This document shows, one piece after another, positions 1 to 15,000 of a stretch of DNA of 64,000 nt; within the stretch, counting starts at the first letter, position 1; the number at the start of each line of letters is the position of its first letter. The DNA comes from Mobula hypostoma (Eukaryota): contig NC_086107.1 of assembly GCF_963921235.1 (NCBI RefSeq), forward strand, positions 97,342,001 through 97,406,000. Reading direction: 5' to 3'. The position numbers and the translations under genes were made by a program. The notes beneath the pieces are model-generated. The model was not told where the DNA came from. It did not search any database and worked only from the letters and a program-made list of their open reading frames with translations.

Positions 1-3000
1 GGAGTGTGTCAGTATTTACAGGGAGATCGAGGGAGTGTGTCAGTATTTGCAGAGAGATCGAGGGATTGTGTCAGTATTTACAGGGAGATCGAGGGATTGT
101 GTCAGTATTTACAGGGAGATCGAGGGAGTGTGTCAGTATTTACAGGGAGATCGAGGGAGTGTGTCAGTATTTACAGGGAGATCAAGGGGGTGTGTCAGTA
201 TTTACAGGGAGATCGAGGGGATGTGTCAGTATTTACAGGGAGATCGAGAGAGTGTGTCAATATTTACAGGGAGATCGATGGATTGTGTCAGTATTTACAG
301 GGAGATCGAGGGAGTGTGTCACTATTTACAGGGAGATCGAGGGGGTGTGTCAGTATTTACAGGGAGATCGAGGGGATGTGTCAGTATTTACAGGGAGATC
401 GAGAGAGTGTGTCAATATTTACAGGGAGATCGAGGGAGTGTGTCAGTATTTACAGGGAGATCGAGGGAATGTGTCAGTATTTACAGGGAGATCGAGGGAG
501 TGTGTCAGTATTTACAGGGAGATCGAGGGAGTGTGTCAGTATTTACAGGGAGATCGAGGGATTGTGTCAGTATTTACAGGGAGATCGAGGGATTGTGTCA
601 ATATTTACAGGGAGGTCGAGAGATTGTGTCAGTATTTACAGGGAGATCGAGGAAGTGTGTCATTATTTACAGGGAGATCGAGGGAGTATGTCAGTATTTA
701 CAGGGAGATCGAGGGGATGTGTCAGTATTTACAGGGAGATCGAGGGAGTGTCAGTATTTACAGGGAGATCGAGGGAGTATGTCAGTATTTACAGAGAGAT
801 CGAGGGAGTGTGTCAGTATTTACAGGGAGATCGAGGGAGTGTGTCAATATTTACAGGGAGATCGAGGGAGTGTGTCAGTATTTACAGGGAGATCGAGGGA
901 GTGTGTCAGTATTTACAGGGAGATCGAGGGAGTGTGTCAATATTTACAGGGAGGTCGAGAGATTGTGTCAGTATTTACAGGGAGATCGAGGGAGTGTGTC
1001 AATATTTACAGGGAGATCGAGGGAGTATGTCAGTATTTACAGGGAGATCGAGGGGATGTGTCAGTATTTACAGGGAGATCGAGGGAGTGTCAGTATTTAC
1101 AGGGAGATCGAGGGATTGTGTCAGTATTTACAGGGAGATCGAGGGATTGTGTCAGTATTTACAGGGAGATCGAGGGATTGGGTCAGTATTTACAGGAAGA
1201 TCGAGGGAGTGTGTCAGTATTTACAGGGAGATCGAGGGATTGTGTCAGTATTTACAGGGAGATTGAGGGATTGTGTCAGTATTTACAGGGAGATCGAGGG
1301 AGTGTGTCAGTATTTACAGGGAGATCGAGGGGGTGTGTCAGTATTTACAGGGAGATCGAGGGGATGTGTCAGTATTTACAGGGAGATCGAGGGAGTGTGT
1401 CAGTATTTACAGGGAGATCGAGGGAGTGTGTCAGTATTTACAGGGAGATCGAGGGAGTGTGTCAGTATTTACAGGGAGATCGAGGGATTGTGTCAATATT
1501 TACAGGGAGGTCGAGAGATTGTGTCAGTATTTACAGGGAGATCGAGGGAGTGTGTCAATATTTACAGGGAGATCGAGGGAGTATGTCAGTATTTACAGGG
1601 AGATCGAGGGGATGTGTCAGTATTTACAGGGAGATCGAGGGAGTGTCAGTATTTACAGGGAGATCGAGGGGATGTGTCAGTATTTACAGGGAGATCAAGG
1701 GAGTGTGTCAGTATTTACAGGGAGATCGAGGGATTGTGTCAGTATTTACAGGGAGATCGAGGGATTGTGTCAGTATTTACAGGGAGATCGAGGGATTGTG
1801 TCAGTATTGCAGGGAGATCGAGGGATTGTGTCAGTATTTACAGGGAGATCGAGGGATTGTGTCAGTATTTACAGGGAGATCGAGGGAGTGTGTCAGTATT
1901 TACAGGGAGATCGAGGGGGTGTGTCAGTATTTACAGGGAGATCGAGGGGATGTGTCAGTATTTACAGGGAGATCGAGGGAGTGTGTCAGTATTTACAGAG
2001 AGATCGAGGGAGTGTGTCAGTATTTACAGGGAGATCGAGGGAGTGTGTCATTATTTACAGGGAGATCGAGGGAGTGTGTCAGTATTTACAGGGAGATCGA
2101 GGGAGTGTGTCAGTATTTACAGGGAGATCGAGGGATTGTGTCAGTATTTACAGGGAGATCGAGGGAGTGTGTCAGTATTTACAGGGAGATCGAGGGAGTA
2201 TGTCAGTATTTACAGGGAGATCGAGGGGATGTGTCAGTATTTACAGGGAGATCGAGGGAGTGTCAGTATTAACAGGGAGATCGAGGGATTGTGTCAGTAT
2301 TTACAGGGAGATCGAGGGATTGTGTCAGTATTTACAGGGAGATCGAGGGATTGGGTCAGTATTTACAGGAAGATCGAGGGAGTGTGTCAGTATTTACAGG
2401 GAGATCGAGGGAGTGTGTCAGTATTTGCAGGGAGATCGAGGGATTGTGTCAGTATTTACAGGGAGATCGAGGGATTGTGTCAGTATTTACAGGGAGATCG
2501 AGGGAGTGTGTCAGTATTTACAGGGAGATAGAGGGAGTGTGTTAGTATTTACAGGGAGATCGAGGGGGTGTGTCAGTATTTACAGGGAGATCGAGGGGAT
2601 GTGTCAGTATTTACAGGGAGATCGAGAGAGTGTGTCAATATTTACAGGGAGATCGAGGGATTGTGTCAGTATTTACAGGGAGATCGAGGGAGTGTGTCAG
2701 TATTTACAGGGAGATCGAGGGGGTGTGTCAGTATTTACAGGGAGATCGAGGGGATGTGTTAGTATTTACAGGGAGATCGAGAGAGTGTGTCAATATTTAC
2801 AGGGAGATCGAGGGAGTGTGTCAGTATTTACAGGGAGATCGAGGGAGTGTGTCAATATTTACTGAGAGATCGAGGGAGTGTGTCAGTATTTACAGGGAGA
2901 TCGAGGGAGTGTGTCAGTATTTACAGGGAGATCGAGGGATTGTGTCAGTATTTACAGGGAGATCGAGGGATTGTGTCAATATTTACAGGGAGGTCGAGAG

Positions 3001-6000
3001 ATTGTGTCAGTATTTACAGGGAGATCGAGGAAGTGTGTCAATATTTACAGGGAGATCGAGGGAGTATCTCAGTATTTACAGGGAGATCGAGGGGATGTGT
3101 CAGTATTTACAGGGAGATCGAGGGAGTGTCAGTATTTACAGGGAGATCGAGGGAGTATGTCAGTATTTACAGGGAGATCGAGGGGATGTGTCAGTATTTA
3201 CAGGGAGATCGAGGGAGTGTCAGTATTTACAGGGAGATCGAGGGATTGTGTCAGTATTTACAGGGAGATCGAGGGATTGTGTCAGTATTTACAGGGAGAT
3301 CGAGGGATTGGGTCAGTATTTACAGGAAGATCGAGGGAGTGTGTCAGTATTTACAGGGAGATCGAGGGATTGTGTCAGTATTTACAGGGAGATCGAGGGA
3401 TTGTGTCAGTATTTACAGGGAGATCGAGGGAGTGTGTCAGTATTTACAGGGAGATCGAGGGGGTGTGTCAGTATTTACAGGGAGATCGAGGGGATGTGTC
3501 AGTATTTACAGGGAGATCGAGGGAGTGTGTCAGTATTTACAGGGAGATCGAGGGAGTGTGTCAGTATTTACAGGGAGATCGAGGGAGTGTGTCAGTATTT
3601 ACAGGGAGATCGAGGGATTGTGTCAATATTTACAGGGAGGTCGAGAGATTGTGTCAGTATTTACAGGGAGATCGAGGGAGTGTGTCAATATTTACAGGGA
3701 GATCGAGGGAGTATGTCAGTATTTACAGGGAGATCGAGGGGATGTGTCAGTATTTACAGGGAGATCGAGGGAGTGTCAGTATTTACAGGGAGATCGAGGG
3801 GATGTGTCAGTATTTACAGGGAGATCAAGGGAGTGTGTCAGTATTTACAGGGAGATCGAGGGATTGTGTCAGTATTTACAGGGAGATCGAGGGATTGTGT
3901 CAGTATTTACAGGGAGATCGAGGGATTGTGTCAGTATTGCAGGGAGGTCGAGGGATTGTGTCAGTATTTACAGGGAGATCGAGGGATTGTGTCAGTATTT
4001 ACAGGGAGATCGAGGGAGTGTGTCAGTATTTACAGGGAGATCGAGGGGGTGTGTCAGTATTTACAGGGAGATCGAGGGGATGTGTCAGTATTTACAGGGA
4101 GATCGAGGGAGTGTGTCAGTATTTACAGAGAGATCGAGGGAGTGTGTCAGTATTTACAGGGAGATCGAGGGAGTGTGTCAATATTTACAGGGAGATCGAG
4201 GGAGTGTGTCAGTATTTACAGGGAGATCGAGGGAGTGTGTCAGTATTTACAGGGAGATCGAGGGATTGTGTCAGTATTTACAGGGAGATCGAGGGAGTGT
4301 GTCAGTATTTACAGGGAGATCGAGGGAGTGTGTCAGTATTTACAGGGAGATCGAGGGGATGTGTCAGTATTTACAGGGAGATCGAGGGAGTGTCAGTATT
4401 TACAGGGAGATCGAGGGATTGTGTCAGTATTTACAGGGAGATCGAGGGATTGTGTCAGTATTTACAGGGAGATCGAGGGATTGGGTCAGTATTTACAGGA
4501 AGATCGAGGGAGTGTGTCAGTATTTACAGGGAGATCGAGGGAGTGTGTCAGTATTTGCAGGGAGATCGAGGGATTGTGTCAGTATTTACAGGGAGATTGA
4601 GGGATTGTGTCAGTATTTACAGGGAGATCGAGGGAGTGTGTCAGTATTTACAGGGAGATAGAGGGAGTGTGTCAGTATTTACAGGGAGATCGAGGGGGTG
4701 TGTCAGTATTTACAGGGAGATCGAGGGGATGTGTCAGTATTTACAGGGAGATCGAGAGAGTGTGTTAATATTTACAGGGAGATCGAGGGATTGTGTCAGT
4801 ATTTACAGGGAGATCGAGGGAGTGTGTCAGTATTTACAGGGAGATCGAGGGGGTGTGTCAGTATTTACAGGGAGATCGAGGGGATGTGTTAGTATTTACA
4901 GGGAGATCGAGAGAGTGTGTCAATATTTACAGGGAGATCGAGGGAGTGTGTCAGTATTTACAGGGAGATCGAGGGAGTGTGTCAATATTTACAGAGAGAT
5001 CGAGGGAGTGTGTCAGTATTTACAGGGAGATCGAGGGAGTGTGTCAGTATTTACAGGGAGATCGAGGGATTGTGTCAGTATTTACAGGGAGATCGAGGGA
5101 TTGTGTCAATATTTACAGGGAGGTCGAGAGATTGTGTCAGTATTTACAGGGAGATCGAGGAAGTGTGTCGATATTTACAGGGAGATCGAGGGAGTATGTC
5201 AGTATTTACAGGGAGATCGAGGGGATGTGTCAGTATTTACAGGGAGATCGAGGGAGTGTCAGTATTTACAGGGAGATCGAGGGATTGTGTCAGTATTTAC
5301 AGGGAGATCGAGGGATTGTGTCAGTATTTGCAGGGAGATCGAGGGATTGTGTCAGTATTTACAGGGAGATCGAGGGATTGTGTCAGTATTTACAGGGAGA
5401 TCGAGGGAGTGTGTCAGTATTTACAGGGAGATCGAGGGGGTGTGTCAGTGTTTACAGGGAGATCGAGGGAGTGTGTCAGTATTTACAGGGAGATCGAGGG
5501 AGTGTGTCAGTATTTACAGAGAGATCGAGGGAGTGTGTCAGTATTTACAGGGAGATCGAGGGAGTGTGTCAATATTTACAGGGAAATCGAGGGAGTGTGT
5601 CAGTATTTACAGGGAGATGGAGGGAGTGTGTCAGTATTTACAGGGAGATCGAGGGAGTGTGTCAGTATTTACAGGGAGATCGAGGGATTGTGTCAATATT
5701 TACAGGGAGGTCGAGAGATTGTGTCAGTATTTACAGGGAGATCGAGGGAGTGTGTCAATATTTACAGGGAGATCGAGGGAGTATGTCAGTATTTACAGGG
5801 AGATCGAGGGGATGTGTCAGTATTTACAGGGAGATCGAGGGAGTGTCAGTATTTACAGGGAGATCGAGGGATTGTGTCAGTATTTACAGGGAGATCGAGG
5901 GATTGTGTCAGTATTTACAGGGAGATCGAGGGATTGGGTCAGTATTTACAGGAAGATCGAGGGAGTGTGTCAGTATTTACAGGGAGATCGAGGGATTGTG

Positions 6001-9000
6001 TCAGTATTTACAGGGAGATCGAGGGATTGTGTCAGTATTTACAGGGAGATCGAGGGAGTGTGTCAGTATTTACAGGGAGATCGAGGGGGTGTGTCAGTAT
6101 TTACAGGGAGATCGAGGGGATGTGTCAGTATTTACAGGGAGATCGAGGGAGTGTGTCAGTATTTACAGGGAGATCGAGGGATTGTGTCAGTATTTACAGG
6201 GAGATCGAGGGAGTGTGTCAGTATTTACAGGGAGATTGAGGGATTGTGTCATTATTTACAGGGAGGTCGAGAGATTGTGTCAGTATTTACAGGGAGATCG
6301 AGGGAGTGTGTCAATATTTACAGGGAGATCGAGGGAGTATGTCAGTATTTACAGGGAGATCGAGGGGATGTGTCAGTATTTACAGGGAGATCGAGGGGGT
6401 GTGTCAGTATTTACAGGGAGATCGAGGGATTGTGTCAGTATTTACAGGGAGATCGAGGGATTGTGTCAGTATTTACAGGGAGATCGAGGGATTGGGTCAG
6501 TATTTACAGGAAGATCGAGGGAGTGTGTCAGTATTTACAGGGAGATCGAGGGAGTGTGTCAGTATTTACAGGGAGATCGAGGGATTGTGTCAATATTTAC
6601 AGGGAGGTCGAGAGATTGTGTCAGTATTTACAGGGAGATCGAGGGAGTGTGTCAATATTTACAGGGAGATCGAGGGAGTATGTCAGTATTTACAGGGAGA
6701 TCGAGGGGATGTGTCAGTATTTACAGGGAGATCGAGGGAGTGTCAGTATTTACAGGGAGATCGAGGGATTGTGTCAGTATTTACAGGGAGATCGAGGGAT
6801 TGTGTCAGTATTTACAGGGAGATCGAGGGAGTGTGTCAGTATTTACAGGGAGATCGAGGGAGTGTGTCAGTATTTACAGGGAGATCGAGGGGATGTGTCA
6901 GTATTTACAGGGACATCAAGGGATTGTGTCAGTATTTACAGGGAGATCGAGGGATTGTGTCAGTATTTACAGGGAGATCGAGGGAGTGTGTCAGTATTTA
7001 CAGGGTGATCGAGGGGTGTGTCTGTATTTACAGGGAGATCGAGGGGATGTGTCAGTATTTACAGGGAGATCGAGGGAGTGTGTCAATATTTACAGGGAGA
7101 TGGAGGGACTGTGTCAGTATTTACAGGGAGATCGAGGGAGTGTGTCAGTATTTACAGGGTGATCGAGGGGGTGTGTCAGTATTTACAGGGAGATCGAGGG
7201 GATGTGTCAGTATTTACAGGGAGATCGAGAGAGTGTGTCAATATTTACAGGGAGATCGAGGGAGTGTGTCAGTATTTACAGGGAGATCGAGGGAGTGTGT
7301 CAGTATTTACAGGGAGATCGAGGGAGTGTCTCAGTATTTACAGGGAGATCGAGGGAGTGTGTCAGTATTTACAGGGAGTCGAGGGATTGTGTCAATATTT
7401 ACAGGGAGGTCGAGAGATTGTGTCAGTATTTACAGGGAGATCGAGGAAGTGTGTCAATATTTACAGGGAGATCGAGGGAGTATGTCAGTATTTACAGGGA
7501 GATCGAGGGGATGTGTCAGTATTTACAGGGAGATCGAGGGAGTGTCAGTATTTACAGGGAGATCGAGGGGGTGTGTCAGTATTTACAGGGAGATCGAGGG
7601 GATGTGTCAGTATTTACAGGTAGATCGAGGGAGTGTGTCAGTATGTCCAGGGAGATCGAGGGAGTGTGTCAGTATTTACAGTGAGATCGAGGGAGTGTGT
7701 CAATATTTACAGGGAGATCGAGGGAGTGTGTCAGTATTTACAGGGAGATCGAGGGAGTGTGTCAGTATTTACAGGGAGATCGAGGGATTGTGTCAGTATT
7801 TACAGGGAGATCGAGGGGGTGTGTCAGTATTTACAGGGAGGTCGAGGGATTGTGTCAGTATTTACAGGGAGGTCGAGGGAGTGTGTCAGTATTTACAGGG
7901 AGATCGAGGGGGTGTGTCAGTATTTACAGGGAGGTCGAGGGATTGTGTCAGTATTTACAGGGAGATCGAGGGAGTGTGTCAGTATTTACAGGGAGATCGA
8001 GGGAGTGTGTCAGTATTTACAGGGAGATCGAGGGGATGTGTCAGTATTTACAGGGAGATCGAGGGAGTGTGTCAGTATTTACAGGGAGATCGAGGGATTG
8101 TGTCAGTATTTACAGGGAGATCGAGGGAGTGTGTCAATATTTACAGGGAGATCGAGGGAGTATGTCAGTATTTACAGGGAGATCGAGGGGATGTGTCAGT
8201 ATTTACAGGGAGATCGAGGGAGTGTCAGTATTTACAGGGAGATCGAGGGATTGTGTCAGTATTTACAGGGAGATCGAAGGATTGTGTCAGTATTTACAGG
8301 GAGATCGAGGGATTGGGTCAGTACTTACAGGAAGATCGAGGGAGTGTGTCAGTATTTACAGGGAGATCGAGGGAGTGTGTCAGTATTTGCAGGGAGATCG
8401 AGGAATTGTGTCAGTATTTACAGGGAGATCGAGGGATTGTGTCAGTATTTACAGGGAGATCGAGGGAGTGTGTCAGTATTTACAGGGAGATCGAGGGAGT
8501 GTGTTAGTATTTACACGGAGATCGAGGGGGTGTGTCAGTATTTACAGGGAGATCGAGGGGATGTGTCAGTATTTACAGGGAGATCGAGAGAGTGTGTCAA
8601 TATTTACAGGGAGATCGAGGGATTGTGTCAGTATTTACAGGGAGATCGAGGGAGTGTGTCAGTATTTACAGGGAGATCGAGGGGGTGTGTCAGTATTTAC
8701 AGGGAGATCGAGGGGATGTGTTAGTATTTACAGGGAGATCGAGAGAGTGTGTCAATATTTACAGGGAGATCGAGGGGATGTGTCAGTATTTACAGGGAGA
8801 TCGAGGGAGTGTGTCAGTATTTACAGGGAGATCGAGGGATTGTGTCAGTATTTACAGGGAGATCGAGGGGGTGTGTCAGTATTTACAGGGAGGTCGAGGG
8901 ATTGTGTCAGTATTTACAGGGAGGTCGAGGGAGTGTGTCAGTATTTACAGGGAGATCGAGGGGGTGTGTCAGTATTTACAGGGAGGTCGAGGGATTGTGT

Positions 9001-12000
9001 CAGTATTTACAGGGAGATCGAGGGAGTGTGTCAGTATTTACAGGGAGATCGAGGGAGTGTGTCCGTATTTACAGGGAGATCGAGGGGATGTGTCAGTATT
9101 TACAGGGAGATCAAGGGAGTGTGTCAGTATTTACAGGGAGATCGAGGGATTGTGTCAGTATTTACAGGGAGGTCGAGGGAGTGTGTCAGTATTTACAGGG
9201 AGATCGAGGGGGTGTGTCAGTATTTACAGGGAGGTCGAGGGATTGTGTCTGTATTTACAGGGAGATCGAGGGAGTGTGTCAGTATTTACAGGGAGATCGA
9301 GGGAGTGTGTCAGTATTTACAGGGAGATCGAGGGGATGTGTCAGTATTTACAGGGAGATCAAGGGAGTGTGTCAGTATTTACAGGGAGATCGAGGGAGTG
9401 TGTCAGTATTTACAGGGAGATCGAGGGATTGTGTCAGTATTTACAGGGAGATCGAGGGAGTGTGTCAATATTTACAGGGAGATCGAGGGAGTATGTCAGT
9501 ATTTACAGGGAGATCGAGGGGATGTGTCAGTATTTACAGGGAGATCGAGGGAGTGTCAGTATTTACAGGGAGATCGAGGGATTGTGTCAGTATTTACAGG
9601 GAGATCGAGGGATTGTGTCAGTATTTACAGGGAGATCGAGGGATTGGGTCAGTATTTACAGGAAGATCGAGGGAGTGTGTCAGTATTTACAGGGAGATCG
9701 AGGGAGTGTGTCAGTATTTGCAGGGAGATCGAGGGATTGTGTCAGTATTTACAGGGAGATCGAGGGATTGTGTCAGTATTTACAGGGAGATCGAGGGAGT
9801 GTGTCAGTATTTACAGGGAGATCGAGGGAGTGTGTTAGAATTTACAGGGAGATCGAGGGGGTGTGTCAGTATTTACAGGGAGATCGAGGGGATGTGTCAG
9901 TATTTACAGGGAGATCGAGAGAGTGTGTCAATATTTAGAGGGAGATCGAGGGATTGTGTCAGTATTTACAGGGAGATCGAGGGAGTGTGTCAGTATTTAC
10001 AGGGAGATCGAGGGGGTGTGTCAGTATTTACAGGGAGATCGAGGGGATGTGTTAGTATTTACAGGGAGATCGAGAGAGTGTGTCAATATTTACAGGGAGA
10101 TCGAGGGAGTGTGTCAGTATTTACAGGGAGATCGAGGGAGTGTGTCAGTATTTACAGGGAGATCGAGGGAGTGTGTCAGTATTTACAGGGAGATCGAGGG
10201 AGTGTGTCAGTATTTACAGGGAGATCGAGGGATTGTGTCAGTATTTACAGGGAGATCGAGGGATTGTGTCAATATTTACAGGGAGGTCGAGAGATTGTGT
10301 CAGTATTTACAGGGAGATCGAGGAAGTGTGTCAATATTTACAGGGAGATCGAGGGAGTATGTCAGTATTTACAGGGAGATCGAGGGGATGTGTCAGTATT
10401 TACAGGGAGATCGAGGGAGTGTCAGTATTTACAGGGAGATCGAGGGATTGTGTCTGTATTTACAGGGAGATCGAGGGAGTGTGTCAGTATTTACAGGGAG
10501 ATCGAGGGAGTGTGTCAGTATTTACAGGGAGATCGAGGGGATGTGTCAGTATTTACAGGGAGATCAAGGGAGTGTGTCAGTATTTACAGGGAGATCGAGG
10601 GAGTGTGTCAGTATTTACAGGGAGATCGAGGGATTGTGTCAGTATTTACAGGGAGATCGAGGGAGTGTGTCAATATTTACAGGGAGATCGAGGGAGTATG
10701 TCAGTATTTACAGGGAGATCGAGGGGATGTGTCAGTATTTACAGGGAGATCGAGGGAGTGTCAGTATTTACAGGGAGATCGAGGGATTGTGTCAGTATTT
10801 ACAGGGAGATCGAGGGATTGTGTCAGTATTTACAGGGAGATCGAGGGATTGGGTCAGTATTTACAGGAAGATCGAGGGAGTGTGTCAGTATTTACAGGGA
10901 GATCGAGGGAGTGTGTCAGTATTTGCAGGGAGATCGAGGGATTGTGTCAGTATTTACAGGGAGATCGAGGGATTGTGTCAGTATTTACAGGGAGATCGAG
11001 GGAGTGTGTCAGTATTTACAGGGAGATCGAGGGAGTGTGTTAGTATTTACAGGGAGATCGAGGGGGTGTGTCAGTATTTACAGGGAGATCGAGGGGATGT
11101 GTCAGTATTTACAGGGAGATCGAGAGAGTGTGTCAATATTTAGAGGGAGATCGAGGGATTGTGTCAGTATTTACAGGGAGATCGAGGGAGTGTGTCAGTA
11201 TTTACAGGGAGATCGACGGGGTGTGTCAGTATTTACAGGGAGATCGAGGGGATGTGTTAGTATTTACAGGGAGATCGAGAGAGTGTGTCAATATTTACAG
11301 GGAGATCGAGGGAGTGTGTCAGTATTTACAGGGAGATCGAGGGAGTGTGTCAGTATTTACAGAGAGATCGAGGGAGTGTGTCAGTATTTACAGGGAGATC
11401 GAGGGAGTGTGTCAGTATTTACAGGGAGATCGAGGGATTGTGTCAGTATTTACAGGGAGATCGAGGGATTGTGTCAATATTTACAGGGAGGTCGAGAGAT
11501 TGTGTCAGTATTTACAGGGAGATCGAGGAAGTGTGTCAATATTTACAGGGAGATCGAGGGAGTATGTCAGTATTTACAGGGAGATCGAGGGGATGTGTCA
11601 GTATTTACAGGGAGATCGAGGGAGTGTCAGTATTTACAGGGAGATCGAGGGATTGTGTCAGTATTTACAGGGAGATCGAGGGATTGTGTCAGTATTTGCA
11701 GGGAGATCGAGGGATTGTGTCAGTATTTACAGGGAGATCGAGGGATTGTGTCAGTATTTACAGGGAGATCGAGGGAGTGTGTCAGTATTTACAGGGAGAT
11801 CGAGGGGGTGTGTCAGTGTTTACAGGGAGATCGAGGGAGTGTGTCAGTATTTACAGGGAGATCGAGGGAGTGTGTCAGTATTTACAGAGAGATCGAGGGA
11901 GTGTGTCAGTATTTACAGGGAGATCGAGGGAGTGTGTCAATATTTTCAGGGAGATCGAGGGAGTGTGTCAGTATTTACAGGGAGATCGAGGGAGTGTGTC

Positions 12001-15000
12001 AGTATTTACAGGGAGATCGAGGGAGTGTGTCAGTATTTACAGGGAGATCGAGGGATTGTGTCAATATTTACAGGGAGGTCGAGAGATTGTGTCAGTATTT
12101 ACAGGGAGATCGAGGGAGTGTGTCAATATTTACAGGGAGATCGAGGGAGTATGTCAGTATTTACAGGGAGATCGAGGGGATGTGTCAGTATTTACAGGGA
12201 GATCGAGGGAGTGTCAGTATTTACAGGGAAATCGAGGGATTGTGTCAGTATTTACAGGGAGATCGAGGGATTGTGTCAGTATTTACAGGGAGATCGAGGG
12301 ATTGGGTCAGTATTTACAGGGAGATCGAGGGATTGTGTCAGTATTTACAGGGAGATCGAGGGATTGTGTCAGTATTTACAGGTAGATCGAGGGATTGTGT
12401 CAGTATTTACAGGGAGATCGAGGGGGTGTGTCAGTATTTACAGGGAGATCGAGGGGATGTGTCAGTATTTACAGGGAGATCGAGGGAGTGTGTCAGTATT
12501 TACAGGGAGATCGAGGGAGTGTGTCAGTATTTACAGGGAGATCGAGGGAGTGTGTCAGTATTTACAGGGAGATTGAGGGATTGTGTCATTATTTACAGGG
12601 AGGTCGAGAGATTGTGTCAGTATTTACAGGGAGATCGAGGGAGTGTGTCAATATTTACAGGGAGATCGAGGGAGTATGTCAGTATTTACAGGGAGATCGA
12701 GGGGATGTGTCAGTATTTACAGGGAGATCGAGGGGGTGTGTCAGTATTTACAGGGAGATCGAGGGATTGTGTCAGTATTTACAGGGAGATCGAGGGATTG
12801 TGTCAGTATTTACAGGGAGATCGAGGGAGTGTGTCAATATTTACAGGGAGATCGAGGGAGTATGTCAGTATTTACAGGGAGATCGAGGGGATGTGTCAGT
12901 ATTTACAGGGAGATCGAGGGAGTGTCAGTATTTACAGGGAGATCGAGGGATTGTGTCAGTATTTACAGGGAGATCGAGGGAGTGTGTCAGTATTTACAGG
13001 GAGATCGAGGGAGTGTGTCAGTATTTACAGGGAGATCGAGGGAGTGTGTCAGTATTTACAGGGAGATCGAGGGATTGTGTCAGTATTTACAGGGAGATCG
13101 AGGGATTGTGTCAATATTTACAGGGAGGTCGAGAGATTGTGTCAGTATTTACAGGGAGATCGAGGGAGTGTGTCAATATTTACAGGGAGATCGAGGGAGT
13201 ATGTCAGTATTTACAGGGAGATCGAGGGGATGTGTCAGTATTTACAGGGAGATCGAGGGAGTGTCAGTATTTACAGGGAGATCGAGGGATTGTGTCAGTA
13301 TTTACAGGGAGATCGAGGGATTGTGTCAGTATTTACAGGGAGATCGAGGGATTGTGTCAGTATTTACAGGGAGATCGAGGGATTGTGTCAGTATTTACAG
13401 GGAGATCGAGGGAGTGTGTCAGTATTTACAGGGAGATCGAGGGGGTGTGTCAGTATTTACAGGGAGATCGAGGGAGTGTGTCAGTATTTACAGGGAGATC
13501 GAGGGAGTGTGTCAGTATTTACAGAGAGATCGAGGGAGTGTGTCAGTATTTACAGGGAGATCGAGGGAGTGTGTCAATATTTACAGGGAGATCGAGGGAG
13601 TGTGTCAGTATTTACAGGGAGATCGAGGGAGTGTGTCAGTATTTACAGGGAGATCGAGGGATTGTGTCAATATTTACAGGGAGGTCGAGAGATTGTGTCA
13701 GTATTTACAGGGAGATCAAGGGAGTGTGTCAATATTTACAGGGAGATCGAGGGAGTATGTCAGTATTTACAGGGAGATCGAGGGGATGTGTCAGTATTTA
13801 CAGGGAGATCGTGGGAGTGTCAGTATTTACAGGGAGATCGAGGGATTGTGTCAGTATTTACAGGGAGATCGAGGGATTGTGTCAGTATTTACAGGGAGAT
13901 CGAGGGAGTGTCAGTATTTACAGGGAGATCGAGGGATTGTGTCAGTATTTACAGGGAGATCGAGGGATTGGGTCAGTATTTACAGGGAGATCGAGGGATT
14001 GTGTCAGTATTTACAGGGAGATCGAGGGATTGTGTCAGTATTTACAGGGAGATCGAGGGATTGTGTCAGTATTTACAGGGAGATCGAGGGGGTGTGTCAG
14101 TATTTACAGGGAGATCGAGGGGATGTGTCAGTATTTACAGGGAGATCGAGGGAGTGTGTCAGTATTTACAGGGAGATCGAGGGAGTGTGTCAGTATTTAC
14201 AGGGAGATCGAGGGAGTGTGTCAGTATTTACAGGGAGATCGAGGGGATGTGTCAGTATTTACAGGGAGATCGAGGGAGTGTGTCAGTATTTACAGGGAGA
14301 TCGAGGGAGTGTGTCAGTATTTACAGGGAGATCGAGGGATTGTGTCAGTATTTACAGGGAGATCGAGGGAGTGTGTCAATATTTACAGGGAGATCGAGGG
14401 AGTGTGTCAGTATTTACAGGGAGATCGAGGGGATGTGTCAGTATTTACAGGGAGATCGAGGGAGTGTCAGTATTTACAGGGAGATCGAGGGATTGTGTCA
14501 GTATTTACAGGGAGATCGAGGGAGTGTGTCAGTATTTACAGAGAGATCGAGGGAGTGTGTCAGTATTTACAGGGAGATCGAGGGAGTGTGTCAGAATTTA
14601 CAGGGAGATCGAGGGATTGTGTCAGTATTTACAGGGAGATCGAGGGATTGTGTCAATATTTACAGGGAGGTCGAGAGATTGTGTCAGTATTTACAGGGAG
14701 ATCGAGGAAGTGTGTCAATATTTACAGGGAGATCGAGGGAGTATGTCAGTATTTACAGGGAGATCGAGGGGATGTGTCAGTATTTACAGGGAGATCGAGG
14801 GAGTGTCAGTATTTACAGGGAGATCGAGGGATTGTGTCAGTATTTACAGGGAGATCGAGGGATTGTGTCAGTATTTGCAGAGAGATCGAGGGATTGTGTC
14901 AGTATTTACAGGGAGATCGAGGGATTGTGTCAGTATTTACAGGGAGATCGAGGGAGTGTGTCAGTATTTACAGGGAGATCGAGGGGGTGTGTCAGTGTTT